DNA of 64,000 nt from Terriglobia bacterium. Lineage in GTDB: Bacteria > Acidobacteriota > Terriglobia > 20CM-2-55-15. The translations under genes and the position numbers were made by a program. Positions 36,890 through 46,828 of the stretch are shown here, in pieces. The notes beneath the pieces are model-generated. The model saw nothing but the letters and a program-made list of their open reading frames with translations, was not told where the DNA came from and did no database searches. Each line of letters begins with the position of its first letter. Position 1 is the stretch's first letter. The DNA is taken from assembly GCA_965198225.1 (NCBI GenBank), contig CBDAOY010000008.1, positions 960,001 through 1,024,000 of the forward strand, written 5' to 3'.

Positions 36890-38236
36890 ATGTCGGCAAT
36901 GATCAACAGACGGGCTTTCTTCCAGACCTCGATGGCGGGGGTAGCCGGATACTTCATGTCTCCGCTCCACCTCCTCGCCCAGTCGTCGGTCGTCACGCAG
37001 CCGGACGCATCCCTGCAGGGCAAGGCAAAACACGTCATTTTCATCCTCCTGGCAGGAGCCCCGAGCCAGGTCGACACCTTCGATCTCAAGATCGGAGGGT
37101 GGACCCCGGATGACTTCGACCCGACCACGATCGACGGGATCGATTTTCCGCAGGGCCTGCTGCCGGGCATGGCGCAGCAGCTGAACCGGGTTTCGGTCGT
37201 CCGCAGCATGCAGACGCTTGCGCTCGTCCATCCCCTGCTCCAGAACTGGACGCAGATCGCACGGAACCCGACCAGCGCAACGGGGGGAATCGCACCGAAC
37301 ATGGGCTCGATCGTCGCCCTGGAGACCGAGGCCCAGCGGCGAAGCGACCAGCCACTTCCCGGGTTCGTTTCACTCAATACGGGTGGCCGGGTTTCCAAGC
37401 AGGGCTATCTGGAAGGGCGCTACTCGCCATTCGATCTCGTCGCCGACCCGGAGGGGCTCACCAACACGAGCAACGCCGCGGGCGAGCAGCTGTTCAGCGC
37501 ACGCTACGAAATGCTGCAATTGCTCGATTCGGTCAATCGCGAACAGTCGCAATACGGTCCGATCATGGACGAGATGCATGACTTCTACACGAGCGCCCGC
37601 CGGATGATGTATGAGCCCCGCGTGAACGAGGCTTTCCAATTCTCCTCGGAAGACGCCGAACGGTACGGAGGCTCCGGTCTGGGCAACTCGTGCGTCGTGG
37701 CCCGGAATCTCATCGCCGGGGATCTTGGAACGCGTTACATCCAGATCAACTCGCGTGGGTGGGACCATCACGAGGACATCTATTTGGAGGATGCCGGTCT
37801 CTACGCACGCTGCGCCGAACTGGATCCCGCGCTGTCGAGCTTGCTCACCGATCTGTCAAGCACCGCGGGCTCGTCCGGAAACACGCTGCTGGACGAGACG
37901 TTGATCGTCGTCAAGGGGGAATTCGGAAGGACGGTCGGCGAGCTCACCAGCCGGAACGGTCGCGATCACTATTTCGTCCACTTTGCGCTCTTCGCGGGTG
38001 GAGGCACGGTCGGGGGTCGAATCATCGGAGAGACAACCTCCGACGGGCGGTTCGTCCAGGATCCCGGATGGTCTGCCGGGCGACCAGCCACGGCGGAAGA
38101 CATTGCCGCGACGATCTATTCCGCCATGGGGATCAACTACACAACCGTACGCCAGGACGATCCGCTGGGTCGGGGCTTCCCTTACGTCCCCTCCACTCCC
38201 TGGCAGGCCTACCCGATCGACGAGCTATTCGAGTAG
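36890..38236 (+). CDS. DUF1501 family Tat-exported protein
   Basis: RRAFF Tat motif; GAPSQVDTFD, GWDHH, GEFGRT and GRDH motifs. Confidence 0.92.
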   Translation: MSAMINRRAFFQTSMAGVAGYFMSPLHLLAQSSVVTQPDASLQGKAKHVIFILLAGAPSQVDTFDLKIGGWTPDDFDPTTIDGIDFPQGLLPGMAQQLNRVSVVRSMQTLALVHPLLQNWTQIARNPTSATGGIAPNMGSIVALETEAQRRSDQPLPGFVSLNTGGRVSKQGYLEGRYSPFDLVADPEGLTNTSNAAGEQLFSARYEMLQLLDSVNREQSQYGPIMDEMHDFYTSARRMMYEPRVNEAFQFSSEDAERYGGSGLGNSCVVARNLIAGDLGTRYIQINSRGWDHHEDIYLEDAGLYARCAELDPALSSLLTDLSSTAGSSGNTLLDETLIVVKGEFGRTVGELTSRNGRDHYFVHFALFAGGGTVGGRIIGETTSDGRFVQDPGWSAGRPATAEDIAATIYSAMGINYTTVRQDDPLGRGFPYVPSTPWQAYPIDELFE

Positions 38237-38467
38237 AACGTCTTCGTCGTCGTAGGGAGTGTCGTCGAAAAAACACACGGCGCTTCCCTTCTGCATCGCA
38301 CAAAGAGGGCAATCGTCATCAAAGTAATCGTCCGGATCGAAGCGTTCGGTCCGGACACGGATCAGGTTCTCGTCGGGGCAGTCCAGGTGCACGAGGACGA
38401 AACCGTCCTTGCGAGAGATCGACACGTCGTCGCCGTAACGTGCACGCACTTCTTCGTCTGAGATCAT
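38225..38467 (-). CDS. Small acidic hypothetical protein with CPLC motif
   Basis: 80 aa, Asp-rich, DDDCPLC. Confidence 0.65.
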   Translation of the reverse strand: MISDEEVRARYGDDVSISRKDGFVLVHLDCPDENLIRVRTERFDPDDYFDDDCPLCAMQKGSAVCFFDDTPYDDEDVLLE

Positions 38468-38913
38468 GTCGTTTGTCTTCTGGGTAGGCGGCGGGCGTGA
38501 ATATTATACCTGCATGGCTATATACCGTGAGCGATCACGTTGAAGCTAGAACTTTGGCGAAGCGTTAAGACCGGGGCGCAGGGGCCGGCTGCCTGGTATT
38601 GTTGGCTCGATTCATTCGACTGTCCACGCCCAGTTCGACCGATAAATGAAATCATTCATCGCTGGCCAGAGCCAGGCTTCCTACACGGGCTGGCCGTCTG
38701 CCGTCTTTGAGCTGTCGTGGAGCACGTTGTATCGTAGGGTGATGGTGCCGACGCTTGTAACTACCGGCCGGGAGATCATCTCATCGCATCCCTGGTGTGT
38801 CATTGGCATCGACTGGGCGCACTTCTGCGCCTGAGATCATGCCGTTTCGTTTTCTGGGTAAAAGGAGGGCGTGATTGGTATACCGCTGCGGGCGACCGAC
38901 AACGGACTACGGC

Positions 38914-39279
38914 CTACGTCTCATCCACCCGACCGTAGTCGTCTTCGAGACGCTCGATGTCGTCTTCCCCAAGATAGGTGCCACGCTGAATCTCGATGAA
39001 GACGAGTTTGCCGCCACCCGGATTCTCGACGCGATGGGCGGAGCCGATCCCGACGTCGATCGTGTCGCCAGCCTCGAGTCGGACGTCCCGGCCGTCCAGT
39101 GTGACCCGGGCCCGGCCTTCGACTACCATCCAGTGCTCCGTCCGCCGCGTGTGACGTTGATAGCTGAGGCGGTGACCCGGCAACACTTCGATCCGTTTCA
39201 CTTTGTATCCGTCGGCTGCATCCAGGATCGTGAAGCTCCCCCACGGTCGTTCGTCGTGTTCTCGGGTGGAATCCACCAT
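38914..39279 (-). CDS. Cupin, mannose-6-phosphate isomerase type II C-terminal domain
   Basis: RPWG, VKRIEV, LSYQRH..R.EHW and GEDDIERLEDDYGR motifs. Confidence 0.92.
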   Translation of the reverse strand: MVDSTREHDERPWGSFTILDAADGYKVKRIEVLPGHRLSYQRHTRRTEHWMVVEGRARVTLDGRDVRLEAGDTIDVGIGSAHRVENPGGGKLVFIEIQRGTYLGEDDIERLEDDYGRVDET

Positions 39280-39420
39280 CGAGTAATACTATTACACGGC
39301 ATTCAGGAATTGCAGACAATGCCCTCACCAGACGCCGATAAGTGTCTTGACTCGCTGCTGTCATGCGGTTATTTATGTGGGAGCTAGCGAAGGAACAACA
39401 CCTTTGAGGAAAGGACACTC

Positions 39421-41685
39421 ATGATCGTTCGCTTCTGGGGAACCCGCGGATCGATACCGACCCCGGGCGCGGGGACCGCGCGTTATGGGGGGAACACCTC
39501 CTGTGTCGAAGTTCGGAGTGATGACGGTAACCTGTTCATCTTCGACTGTGGCACTGGAATCCGCCAGCTCGGTCTCTCGTTGCTGGGCGCTTCGCCCAAG
39601 CCTCCCAGAATTCATATTCTGATAGGTCACACTCACTGGGACCACATCCAGGGGTTTCCTTTTTTCACGCCGGTCTTTCTCCCCGGGACCGAAATCAACA
39701 TCTACGCCCCGCTCGGCTTCCAGCGCAGCCTGGAAGACGCCATGTCGGGTCAGATGCAGTACTCCTATTTCCCGGTCAAACTGACGGATCTGTCCAGCCG
39801 GATCCACTACACGGAGCTCGACGAAGGTTTTTTCCGCATCGGCAAGTGCCTCGTCGAAACGCAGTACCTCAACCATACGGCACCGACGATCGCCTACCGG
39901 GTCACCGAGGGGGCAACGAGTGTCGCCTACGTCACCGATCACGAACCGTTCTGGAAGTCGTCCGGCACCCAGTTCCAGCACCCCGGCGATCAAAGGCACG
40001 TCGAGTTCATCCGGGACGCCGATCTCGTGATTCACGACGCACAGTACTCCGAGGAGGAGTACCAGACCAAGATCGGCTGGGGTCACAGTCCGATCGGGTA
40101 CGTAATGGATGTGGCGGTCGCTGCCGGCGTCCGAAGACTGGCACTCTTCCATCACGATCCGACCCACGACGACGAATGGGTGGAGGGAATGGAAGAGGGC
40201 TTCCGCGAACAGCTGGCTCGACGAGGCAGTTCGATGGAAGCCTTCGCGGCTGCCGAGGGCATGGAGCTCGAGATCCAGGGGGAAGGATCACGCACCGCGC
40301 TTGAGGGAGACTCGGCCCTGAAACAGCGCGCGATAATGGGAGGACGTGTTCTGATCATCAGCCCGAATGAAGGCGACTTTGCCACGATCGAGCACATGCT
40401 GGTCGAGGATGGCCTCATTCTCATGCCGGTTTCCGAGGCCGATACCGCCCTGAAGCGCGCCGCGGAATTCAACCCGAACCTGGTGATCCTGGATTCGACT
40501 TCCCTCGAAGGCACCGCTGCTGCACTCACCGAGAGGCTCCGGACCACGACCGGCCAGGACAACCTGCCCGTAGTGATGTTGACCGATTCAGTGCACGCGA
40601 TCGGTGACGACGTGTCCATGGAAACGACCGACTATCTGGAACGGCCGTTCAGCCCGCCGATGCTGCGTTCACGCGTCAGGGCATGGTTGGCGCGGACTCG
40701 TGCCGAGTCTTCGACGCCTGCGTTTGAACCGGGCGTGGCAGAGGTGGACGAGCGGCCCGAACCACCGCGAACCGAACACGCCTACGTCGAGGCGCTGTCG
40801 AAGACGAATCTCTTCCGACACCTGGACGAGACGCAGCTCCAGAACCTGGTGTCGAGCGCGAGCGAACAGGTGTTTCCCTCGGGCTACGAGGTCCTGCGCG
40901 AAGGCGAACCGGGGACCAATGTCTTCATCATTCTTTCGGGAGCGGTTCGTGTCGTCGAAGCCGTGCCCGAGGGTCCCGAAAGTATGTTCCTGACCGAGAT
41001 GGGAGCCGGCGACTTGTTCGGCGAAATCGGTTTCCTTCGCAACGCCCCACGCTCGGCAACGGTCGTCACGCTGGAGAGGACTCGTTGCCTTGTTCTGGCG
41101 CAGAAGGAGTTTCTCGAAACCCTCGAAGGTTCATCGGCTCTCTCAATCGCGCTGCTCCGTGTCCTGGCCGGACGCCTCGCAGATGCGGACCGCCTGCTGG
41201 CTCGGTATGCTCCCGATCCACTCACCGACCTGCCGAGACGACGGGCTTTCAGTGAGCTCTACCAGAGGCTGGCAGCCGGAGCACGACGACGCGACAGCAG
41301 CGTTCTTCTACTACTGACGGACGTCCAGAATCTGCGCGGCATCAATGACGAATACGGCTACAGCGTTGGCGATGAAGTCCTGAAGGGGATGGCGGAGGCC
41401 CTGATGGAATCCTCACGGACCACCGACCTGATTGCCCGGTATGGCAGCGATGAGTTTGTCGTCTTATTAATCGACGCTCAGGCCTCTGATTGCGACATCA
41501 TCATCGAACGGCTGAACGAGAAGCTGGCGCAGCTCGTGGCCCGCAAGACTCTGCCGGTTCCCGTGCGGTACGACGTCGGCATCGCGGTAAGCGACGAGGC
41601 ACCCGAGAAGGTCGAACCCTTGCTTCGAATGGCGGACGACGAGATCCAGAAAAAGAAAAACGAGAAATCTCAGGCGCCGGGCTAG
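39421..41685 (+). CDS. Multidomain MBL-fold hydrolase - receiver - cNMP-binding - GGDEF-like protein
   Basis: GTRGS...YGGNTSC, HTHWDHIQG and FHHDP; REC-like segment; FGEIG...PRSATV; DPLT...INDEYG...GDEVL...RYGSDEF. Confidence 0.88.
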   Translation: MIVRFWGTRGSIPTPGAGTARYGGNTSCVEVRSDDGNLFIFDCGTGIRQLGLSLLGASPKPPRIHILIGHTHWDHIQGFPFFTPVFLPGTEINIYAPLGFQRSLEDAMSGQMQYSYFPVKLTDLSSRIHYTELDEGFFRIGKCLVETQYLNHTAPTIAYRVTEGATSVAYVTDHEPFWKSSGTQFQHPGDQRHVEFIRDADLVIHDAQYSEEEYQTKIGWGHSPIGYVMDVAVAAGVRRLALFHHDPTHDDEWVEGMEEGFREQLARRGSSMEAFAAAEGMELEIQGEGSRTALEGDSALKQRAIMGGRVLIISPNEGDFATIEHMLVEDGLILMPVSEADTALKRAAEFNPNLVILDSTSLEGTAAALTERLRTTTGQDNLPVVMLTDSVHAIGDDVSMETTDYLERPFSPPMLRSRVRAWLARTRAESSTPAFEPGVAEVDERPEPPRTEHAYVEALSKTNLFRHLDETQLQNLVSSASEQVFPSGYEVLREGEPGTNVFIILSGAVRVVEAVPEGPESMFLTEMGAGDLFGEIGFLRNAPRSATVVTLERTRCLVLAQKEFLETLEGSSALSIALLRVLAGRLADADRLLARYAPDPLTDLPRRRAFSELYQRLAAGARRRDSSVLLLLTDVQNLRGINDEYGYSVGDEVLKGMAEALMESSRTTDLIARYGSDEFVVLLIDAQASDCDIIIERLNEKLAQLVARKTLPVPVRYDVGIAVSDEAPEKVEPLLRMADDEIQKKKNEKSQAPG

Positions 41686-41818
41686 ACGATTTGATCCTTA
41701 GGCTAAAGGATTTGCTCTCAGATTGTCGGGATCAAAGCGTGCTGTCAGCCCTCAGCGTTCAGCTGTTTCGAAAACGGGACGATAGTCCCATCCGATTGAG
41801 CTGATAGCTGATTGCCCA

Positions 41819-42853
41819 CTAATCCAGGGTCAACACCGCGGCTCCCTGAACCCGGCTCTCCTTCAGTCTCACCAGGGCCCGGTTGGCCTCCTCCAGGCGG
41901 AAAGCTTCCACTTCGGTTTGAATCGGGATCTCACCTGCCAGGGCCAGGAGTTCCCGAGCGTCCTGACGCGTGCTGTTGGCCACGCTTCGCACGGTTCGTT
42001 CCGAGTAGAGAAGGTCATAGGACACGCTCGGGATCGGCGACATGTAGATTCCGGCCAGCGCGAGGGTTCCACCTTTCTCGAGGACCCGCAGCACGTCGAG
42101 CACGAGGCCGCCCGACGGAGCAAAGACCACGGCCGCGTCGAGCCGCCCGGGCGGCTCGTCCTCGGATCCGCCCACCCAGGCCGCGCCCAGCTCGGTTGCG
42201 TGGGGCCGGTGCTCTTCGCTTCGCGTAAAGACGTACACCTCGCACTGCCAGTGGCGCGCGATCTGGATCGTGATGTGGGCGGAGGCGCCGAAGCCGTAGA
42301 GTCCGAGACGACCCCCGGGCCGGATTTCACTCAGACGCAATGCGCGATATCCGATGATGCCGGCGCAAAGCAGCGGCGCCACTTCGATGTCGGAAAACCG
42401 AGCGGGCAACTCGTAAGCATAGTCCTCTCCGACAATCATCCATTCGGCGTATCCACCGTTGACATCCAGACCCGTAAAGCGGGCCCGATCGCACAGGTTC
42501 TCCCGGTCGCTCGCACAGAATCCACATTGTCCGCAAGTCTGGAACAGCCAGGGGACGCCCACGCGCCCTGCCGGAACTTTGAAGCGCCGGGGCCTGCCCC
42601 ATCGACGAGACCGACAACCTGGATGGCCGGGAAGCGCCGGGGCCTGCCCCAGCGGACAACCTGGTGGCCGTGTGGGGGGCACGAGGTCGCCCTCGATGGT
42701 GTGGAGGTCCGTGTGACATACACCGCAGCATTTCACTCGAAGACGGACTTCTCCTGGCCCTGGCTCGGGGACCGGCCAATCGCGCATGCGCAGCGGAAGC
42801 TTGTCGACACCCATCTGTTCTTCCAACGTCATCGCTCGCATCGTTTCCGGCAT
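41819..42853 (-). CDS. Zinc-dependent alcohol dehydrogenase family protein (garbled at 42570-42680)
   Basis: CGVCHTD, CGQCGFC...ENLC, LCAGIIGYR and GFGASAH motifs; the GHQVV segment is out of frame and duplicated. Confidence 0.8.
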   Translation of the reverse strand: MPETMRAMTLEEQMGVDKLPLRMRDWPVPEPGPGEVRLRVKCCGVCHTDLHTIEGDLVPPTRPPGCPLGQAPALPGHPGCRSRRWGRPRRFKVPAGRVGVPWLFQTCGQCGFCASDRENLCDRARFTGLDVNGGYAEWMIVGEDYAYELPARFSDIEVAPLLCAGIIGYRALRLSEIRPGGRLGLYGFGASAHITIQIARHWQCEVYVFTRSEEHRPHATELGAAWVGGSEDEPPGRLDAAVVFAPSGGLVLDVLRVLEKGGTLALAGIYMSPIPSVSYDLLYSERTVRSVANSTRQDARELLALAGEIPIQTEVEAFRLEEANRALVRLKESRVQGAAVLTLD

Positions 42854-42885
42854 TTTCTCGCTAGTCCACAGTCTATACTGAGAGT

Positions 42886-43853
42886 ATGAGTACGATTTCC
42901 CATCTATTCAGCGCTTACGAAAGCGAAGTGATTCGGGAGATCGCCCAACACCGCATCCGTCCGACAGCCGTGGAGAAGTTGCTCGAAGGAATCGGCCGAC
43001 CCTTCAGCCGGCTCTTTGAGGCCGGTCGGGAATCCGACAACGGGATGATCCGATCACTGTCCGGACAGGTGCAGGGCGTCATCGAGGAGGGTCTGATTCG
43101 GACGATCAAGATCGGCCGGCGACTGACTGCGGATGCGGACATCGTCGGCGAATTCCAGCGGAGCGGACTCCCCCTCGACGACATTGCCGACGCGCGTCGG
43201 CTGCCGCTCGAGGAACTCGACCGTATCGCAGACAGATTTCACATCGGGAGCAGCCTCGTTCTAGGAACCGAGGGGGCGGCCCTGGGCGCACTGACCACGC
43301 TGGCATATGCCGTGCCGGGAGCGGGCCTGCTCATACCTTCGCTCGTCCTCACCGACGTGACCTCGTCGATGGCGCTGCTCTCGCGGCATGCCTGCCGCGT
43401 GGCCGGAGTGTACGGGTTTTCCTCAGGCGCGCCGGAGACGCTGCCACATGTTCTTGCCGCGATGGCTCCGCAGACCGGCACGAGCGATGAAGGGTACCTT
43501 GCGCTGAAAGCGGCCGTCGTGACTTCGGTCCGCGAGGCCAGCCAATTCATGTCACGGACGGCGACACGTGTCATCGACCGGCAACTTCTGGAACGGGAAG
43601 CTCCGCAGCTGGTGCGATTGATCGCATTTGTCGCCGAGCGACTCTCGTCGTCGTCACGCAAAAGAACCTGAGCATTCTGGTGCCCGTCGCGGGTGCCGCG
43701 CTGAACTCCTCCGTCAACGTTGCCTTCCAGCAGGTCGGCCACCACGGCGCGAAAGATTACTTCCGACGCTTGACCCTCCACGGGCGCTACGGCGAAGGAC
43801 TGGTCGAAGAGGCTATCTCGCGGGAAACCGAACACCTCCGGTCCGAGTCCTGA
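42886..43853 (+). pseudogene. EcsC family protein, frameshifted near 43645
   Basis: The track ORF ends at 43671. The shifted frame continues VVVTQKNLSILVPVAGAALNSSVN...YFRRL to TGA 43851-43853, an EcsC-like C-terminus. Confidence 0.72.
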
Positions 43854-43982
43854 GTCAGAAATAGGATCAATATCGCTGAGGGCCAACTAGCTGCCCGCCC
43901 TGTAACTTTCTCCGTGTGTTTCTTGCAGTTTCGACTATCCTAGGCTTCTTCGACTCACAACGGGAAAAGAGCAAGGAGTGCC

Positions 43983-45875
43983 ATGTCGAAACAGGCCCCA
44001 CACGAGCCCTACATCCCCGCGACAACGAACCTGGCCGAGATCACGGTCAAATCGATCATCCTGAGCATTCTTCTAGCGATCGTTCTGGGCGCGGCGAACG
44101 CCTATCTCGGTCTCTTTGCCGGCATGACCGTGTCAGCGTCGATACCGGCAGCCGTCATCTCGATGGCGATACTGCGGATGTTCCGCAACTCCAACATTCT
44201 CGAGAACAACATCGTCCAGACAGCCGCGTCCGCCGGCGAAAGCGTTTCCGCAGGAGTCATCTTCACGATTCCCGCTCTCGTGATCCTCGGAACCTGGAGC
44301 GGGTTCAATTACTGGGAGACGACGATGATCGCGGGCTTCGGGGGAATCCTGGGCGTGCTTTTCACGATTCCCCTCCGGCGCGCGTTGATCATCGAGAATC
44401 CCCTGCAGTTTCCCGAAGGTGTCGCGACCGCGGAGGTCTTGAAGGTCGGCGAATCTGGAGGCGCCGGAATCCGCCACATCGCAATATCTGGGATGATCGG
44501 CGCGGTGTTCAAACTCGGCGAGACGGGATTCCGGCTGTGGGGCGGCGTGGTAGAAATGGCGACATACGCCGGAGGAACCATTGTCTACATCGGCACCAAC
44601 CTGTCGCCGGCCCTGATCGGCGTCGGTTACATCGTCGGGCTGAATATCGCGGCTCTCGTCTTCATCGGTGGTGCGATCAACTGGTTCGTCGCGATACCCA
44701 TCCTGGCGTCTCTCCAGGGCATATCCACGGACCAGTCCGCTGTCTCGGCGGCCGGGACCCTCTGGTCCGCCCAGACCCGCTATCTCGGGGTGGGTGCGAT
44801 GGTAATCGGCGGACTCTGGGCCCTGGTGCGGTTGCGATCTAGCCTGGTCCAGGGCATCCGAGCAGGCGCCGAAGCGTACCGCAAGGTTCGCGAAGGCGGT
44901 ATCTCCGCGACGCTGAGAACAGAGCGCGACGCGCCGATGCAGTGGGTCGGCGTCGTACTGGTTCTCGCGGTCATACCCCTCTATTTCATCTTCAACCACA
45001 TCACGGGCCAACCGGGTACATCCCTCATCATGGCCGTGATAATGCTCATCGCGGGATTCCTGTTTTCGGCCGTGGCGGCGTACATGGCCGGTCTGGTCGG
45101 TTCGTCCAACAATCCGATCTCTGGAGTGACGATCGCGACGATACTCAGCTCTGCCCTGCTCCTGCTCTTGTTCATGGGGGCGGACAGCCCCATCGGACCT
45201 GCTTCCGCGATCCTCATCGGTTCGGTGGTCTGCTGCGCGGCAGCCATGGCGGGAGACAACCTTCAGGACCTCAAGGCCGGACATCTCGTTGGCGCAACGC
45301 CGTACAAGCAACAGATCGTCCAGGGCGTTGGCGTGATATCGGCGGCACTGGTGATCGCCCCGACGCTCAGCCTCCTGCTCGAAGCCTACGGAATCGGCAT
45401 CCCGACCGAGACCCATCCGGAGCCCCTGGCGGCGCCGCAGGCGACCCTGATGGCTTCCGTCGCCCAGGGGGTCTTTCGGGGAGGCCTCCCTCTGCCGATG
45501 GTCGGGATCGGAATGGCCATCGCCGTTGCAGTCATCGCATTCGATCTTTACCTGGAAAAACGGCGAAGCCAGTTCCGCACGCCGGTGCTCGCGCTCGCGG
45601 TGGGCATTTACCTGCCGCTGGAGTTATCGGTGCCGATCCTGATCGGTGGCTTGATCGCCCATTCCGTCGGAGCGGGGCTGGGGAACAACGGAGTGCTCTT
45701 CGCTGCAGGCCTGATCACCGGTGAGGCGCTGATAGGGATCGCAATGGCTGTTCCTATCGTCATCTATCGCCGGGCCGACATCATGGCGTTCTGGGGAGTC
45801 CACGAAGGGAACCTTCCAGGGATAGTACTCCTGGCCCTGGTCGCATTTCTCCTCTACCGGGCGGGAAAAAGCTGA
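43983..45875 (+). CDS. OPT family oligopeptide transporter
   Basis: NAYLGL.AG.TVSASIP, ENNIVQT, FPEG, GSSNNPISG, LQDLKAG and APQATLM motifs. Confidence 0.95.
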   Translation: MSKQAPHEPYIPATTNLAEITVKSIILSILLAIVLGAANAYLGLFAGMTVSASIPAAVISMAILRMFRNSNILENNIVQTAASAGESVSAGVIFTIPALVILGTWSGFNYWETTMIAGFGGILGVLFTIPLRRALIIENPLQFPEGVATAEVLKVGESGGAGIRHIAISGMIGAVFKLGETGFRLWGGVVEMATYAGGTIVYIGTNLSPALIGVGYIVGLNIAALVFIGGAINWFVAIPILASLQGISTDQSAVSAAGTLWSAQTRYLGVGAMVIGGLWALVRLRSSLVQGIRAGAEAYRKVREGGISATLRTERDAPMQWVGVVLVLAVIPLYFIFNHITGQPGTSLIMAVIMLIAGFLFSAVAAYMAGLVGSSNNPISGVTIATILSSALLLLLFMGADSPIGPASAILIGSVVCCAAAMAGDNLQDLKAGHLVGATPYKQQIVQGVGVISAALVIAPTLSLLLEAYGIGIPTETHPEPLAAPQATLMASVAQGVFRGGLPLPMVGIGMAIAVAVIAFDLYLEKRRSQFRTPVLALAVGIYLPLELSVPILIGGLIAHSVGAGLGNNGVLFAAGLITGEALIGIAMAVPIVIYRRADIMAFWGVHEGNLPGIVLLALVAFLLYRAGKS

Positions 45876-45899
45876 GCGAAATGTGGGCTTCAGGCGAGT

Positions 45900-46004
45900 G
45901 TAGGTGCGGTCTATGACCGCACATTGCTCGAACCGGAGCGATGTGCGCTACGTCCGCACATTCTTCGTCTTGAGACATCTTGTGCGCTCATAGGGCGCAC
46001 CTAC
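45900..46004. repeat. REPIN-like doublet of GTAG-type REP hairpins
   Basis: GTAG-GTGCGGTC-TAT-GACCGCAC and inverted GTGCGCTC-ATA-GGGCGCAC-CTAC, between convergent genes. Confidence 0.75.
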
Positions 46005-46006
46005 AC

Positions 46007-46828
46007 CTACCTCAGAATGTCTTCCAGCGACGTCGACGCATCGGTCTTCTCGTCCCGGTACTTGACGATCACCGGAGCGTAGAGCGAGAGGCCGTGTTCT
46101 CTGGCGAACTCTCCGCCTGCCGGGCGTGCGCCGGGAACCACCACCGCCCCGGCGGGAATCGTCAGCGGCGCGGCATCCGTCCGGCGATAGACCGCCCCTT
46201 TGACGGTGTCGTAGACGGAAACCCCGCCGGTCAGCACGACGCCGGACGCGAGCACGGCCCGCTCACCGACGATCACACCCTCATACACTCCACAGTTTCC
46301 GCCGATGAACGCGTCGTCTTCGATGATGACGGGTAACGCTCCCGGGGGCTCAAGCACTCCACCGACCTGTGCCGCGGCCGAAAGGTGCACGCGACGACCT
46401 ACCTGCGCACAGGAACCCACGAGCGCGTGGGAATCGATCATCGTGTCGTCACCGACCCAGGCTCCGATGTTGATAAACATCGGCGGCATGCAGATAACAT
46501 TCCGACCGATGAAAGCACCGTCCCGGATGCTTGAACCACCAGGTACGACCCGCAGGTTGGACTCTGGCTTCTGCCTCAACGGAAGCGTGTCTTTGTCGCA
46601 GAAATAGAACTCGTCCGACAGCGGACGATCCGTACTCTGGCCGAGACGGAACGCGAGCAGGACCCCCTGCTTGACCCACGCGTTCGCCTGCCAGGCACCG
46701 TCGATCTTTTGGGCGGAGCGGAACTCGCCGCGGTTGAGGCCGTCACGGAATCGAGCAAGCAGATCGACCCCTTCACGACGGGCCTCGTCGAGGGGCAGCG
46801 TCAGGAGACGCCCGATCTCATTCTCCAT
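46007..46828 (-). CDS. dapD: Tetrahydrodipicolinate N-succinyltransferase
   Basis: WVKQGVLL, RVVPGG, VGSCAQVG, GGVLEP and IIEDDAFIG hexapeptide motifs. Confidence 0.95.
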   Translation of the reverse strand: MENEIGRLLTLPLDEARREGVDLLARFRDGLNRGEFRSAQKIDGAWQANAWVKQGVLLAFRLGQSTDRPLSDEFYFCDKDTLPLRQKPESNLRVVPGGSSIRDGAFIGRNVICMPPMFINIGAWVGDDTMIDSHALVGSCAQVGRRVHLSAAAQVGGVLEPPGALPVIIEDDAFIGGNCGVYEGVIVGERAVLASGVVLTGGVSVYDTVKGAVYRRTDAAPLTIPAGAVVVPGARPAGGEFAREHGLSLYAPVIVKYRDEKTDASTSLEDILR

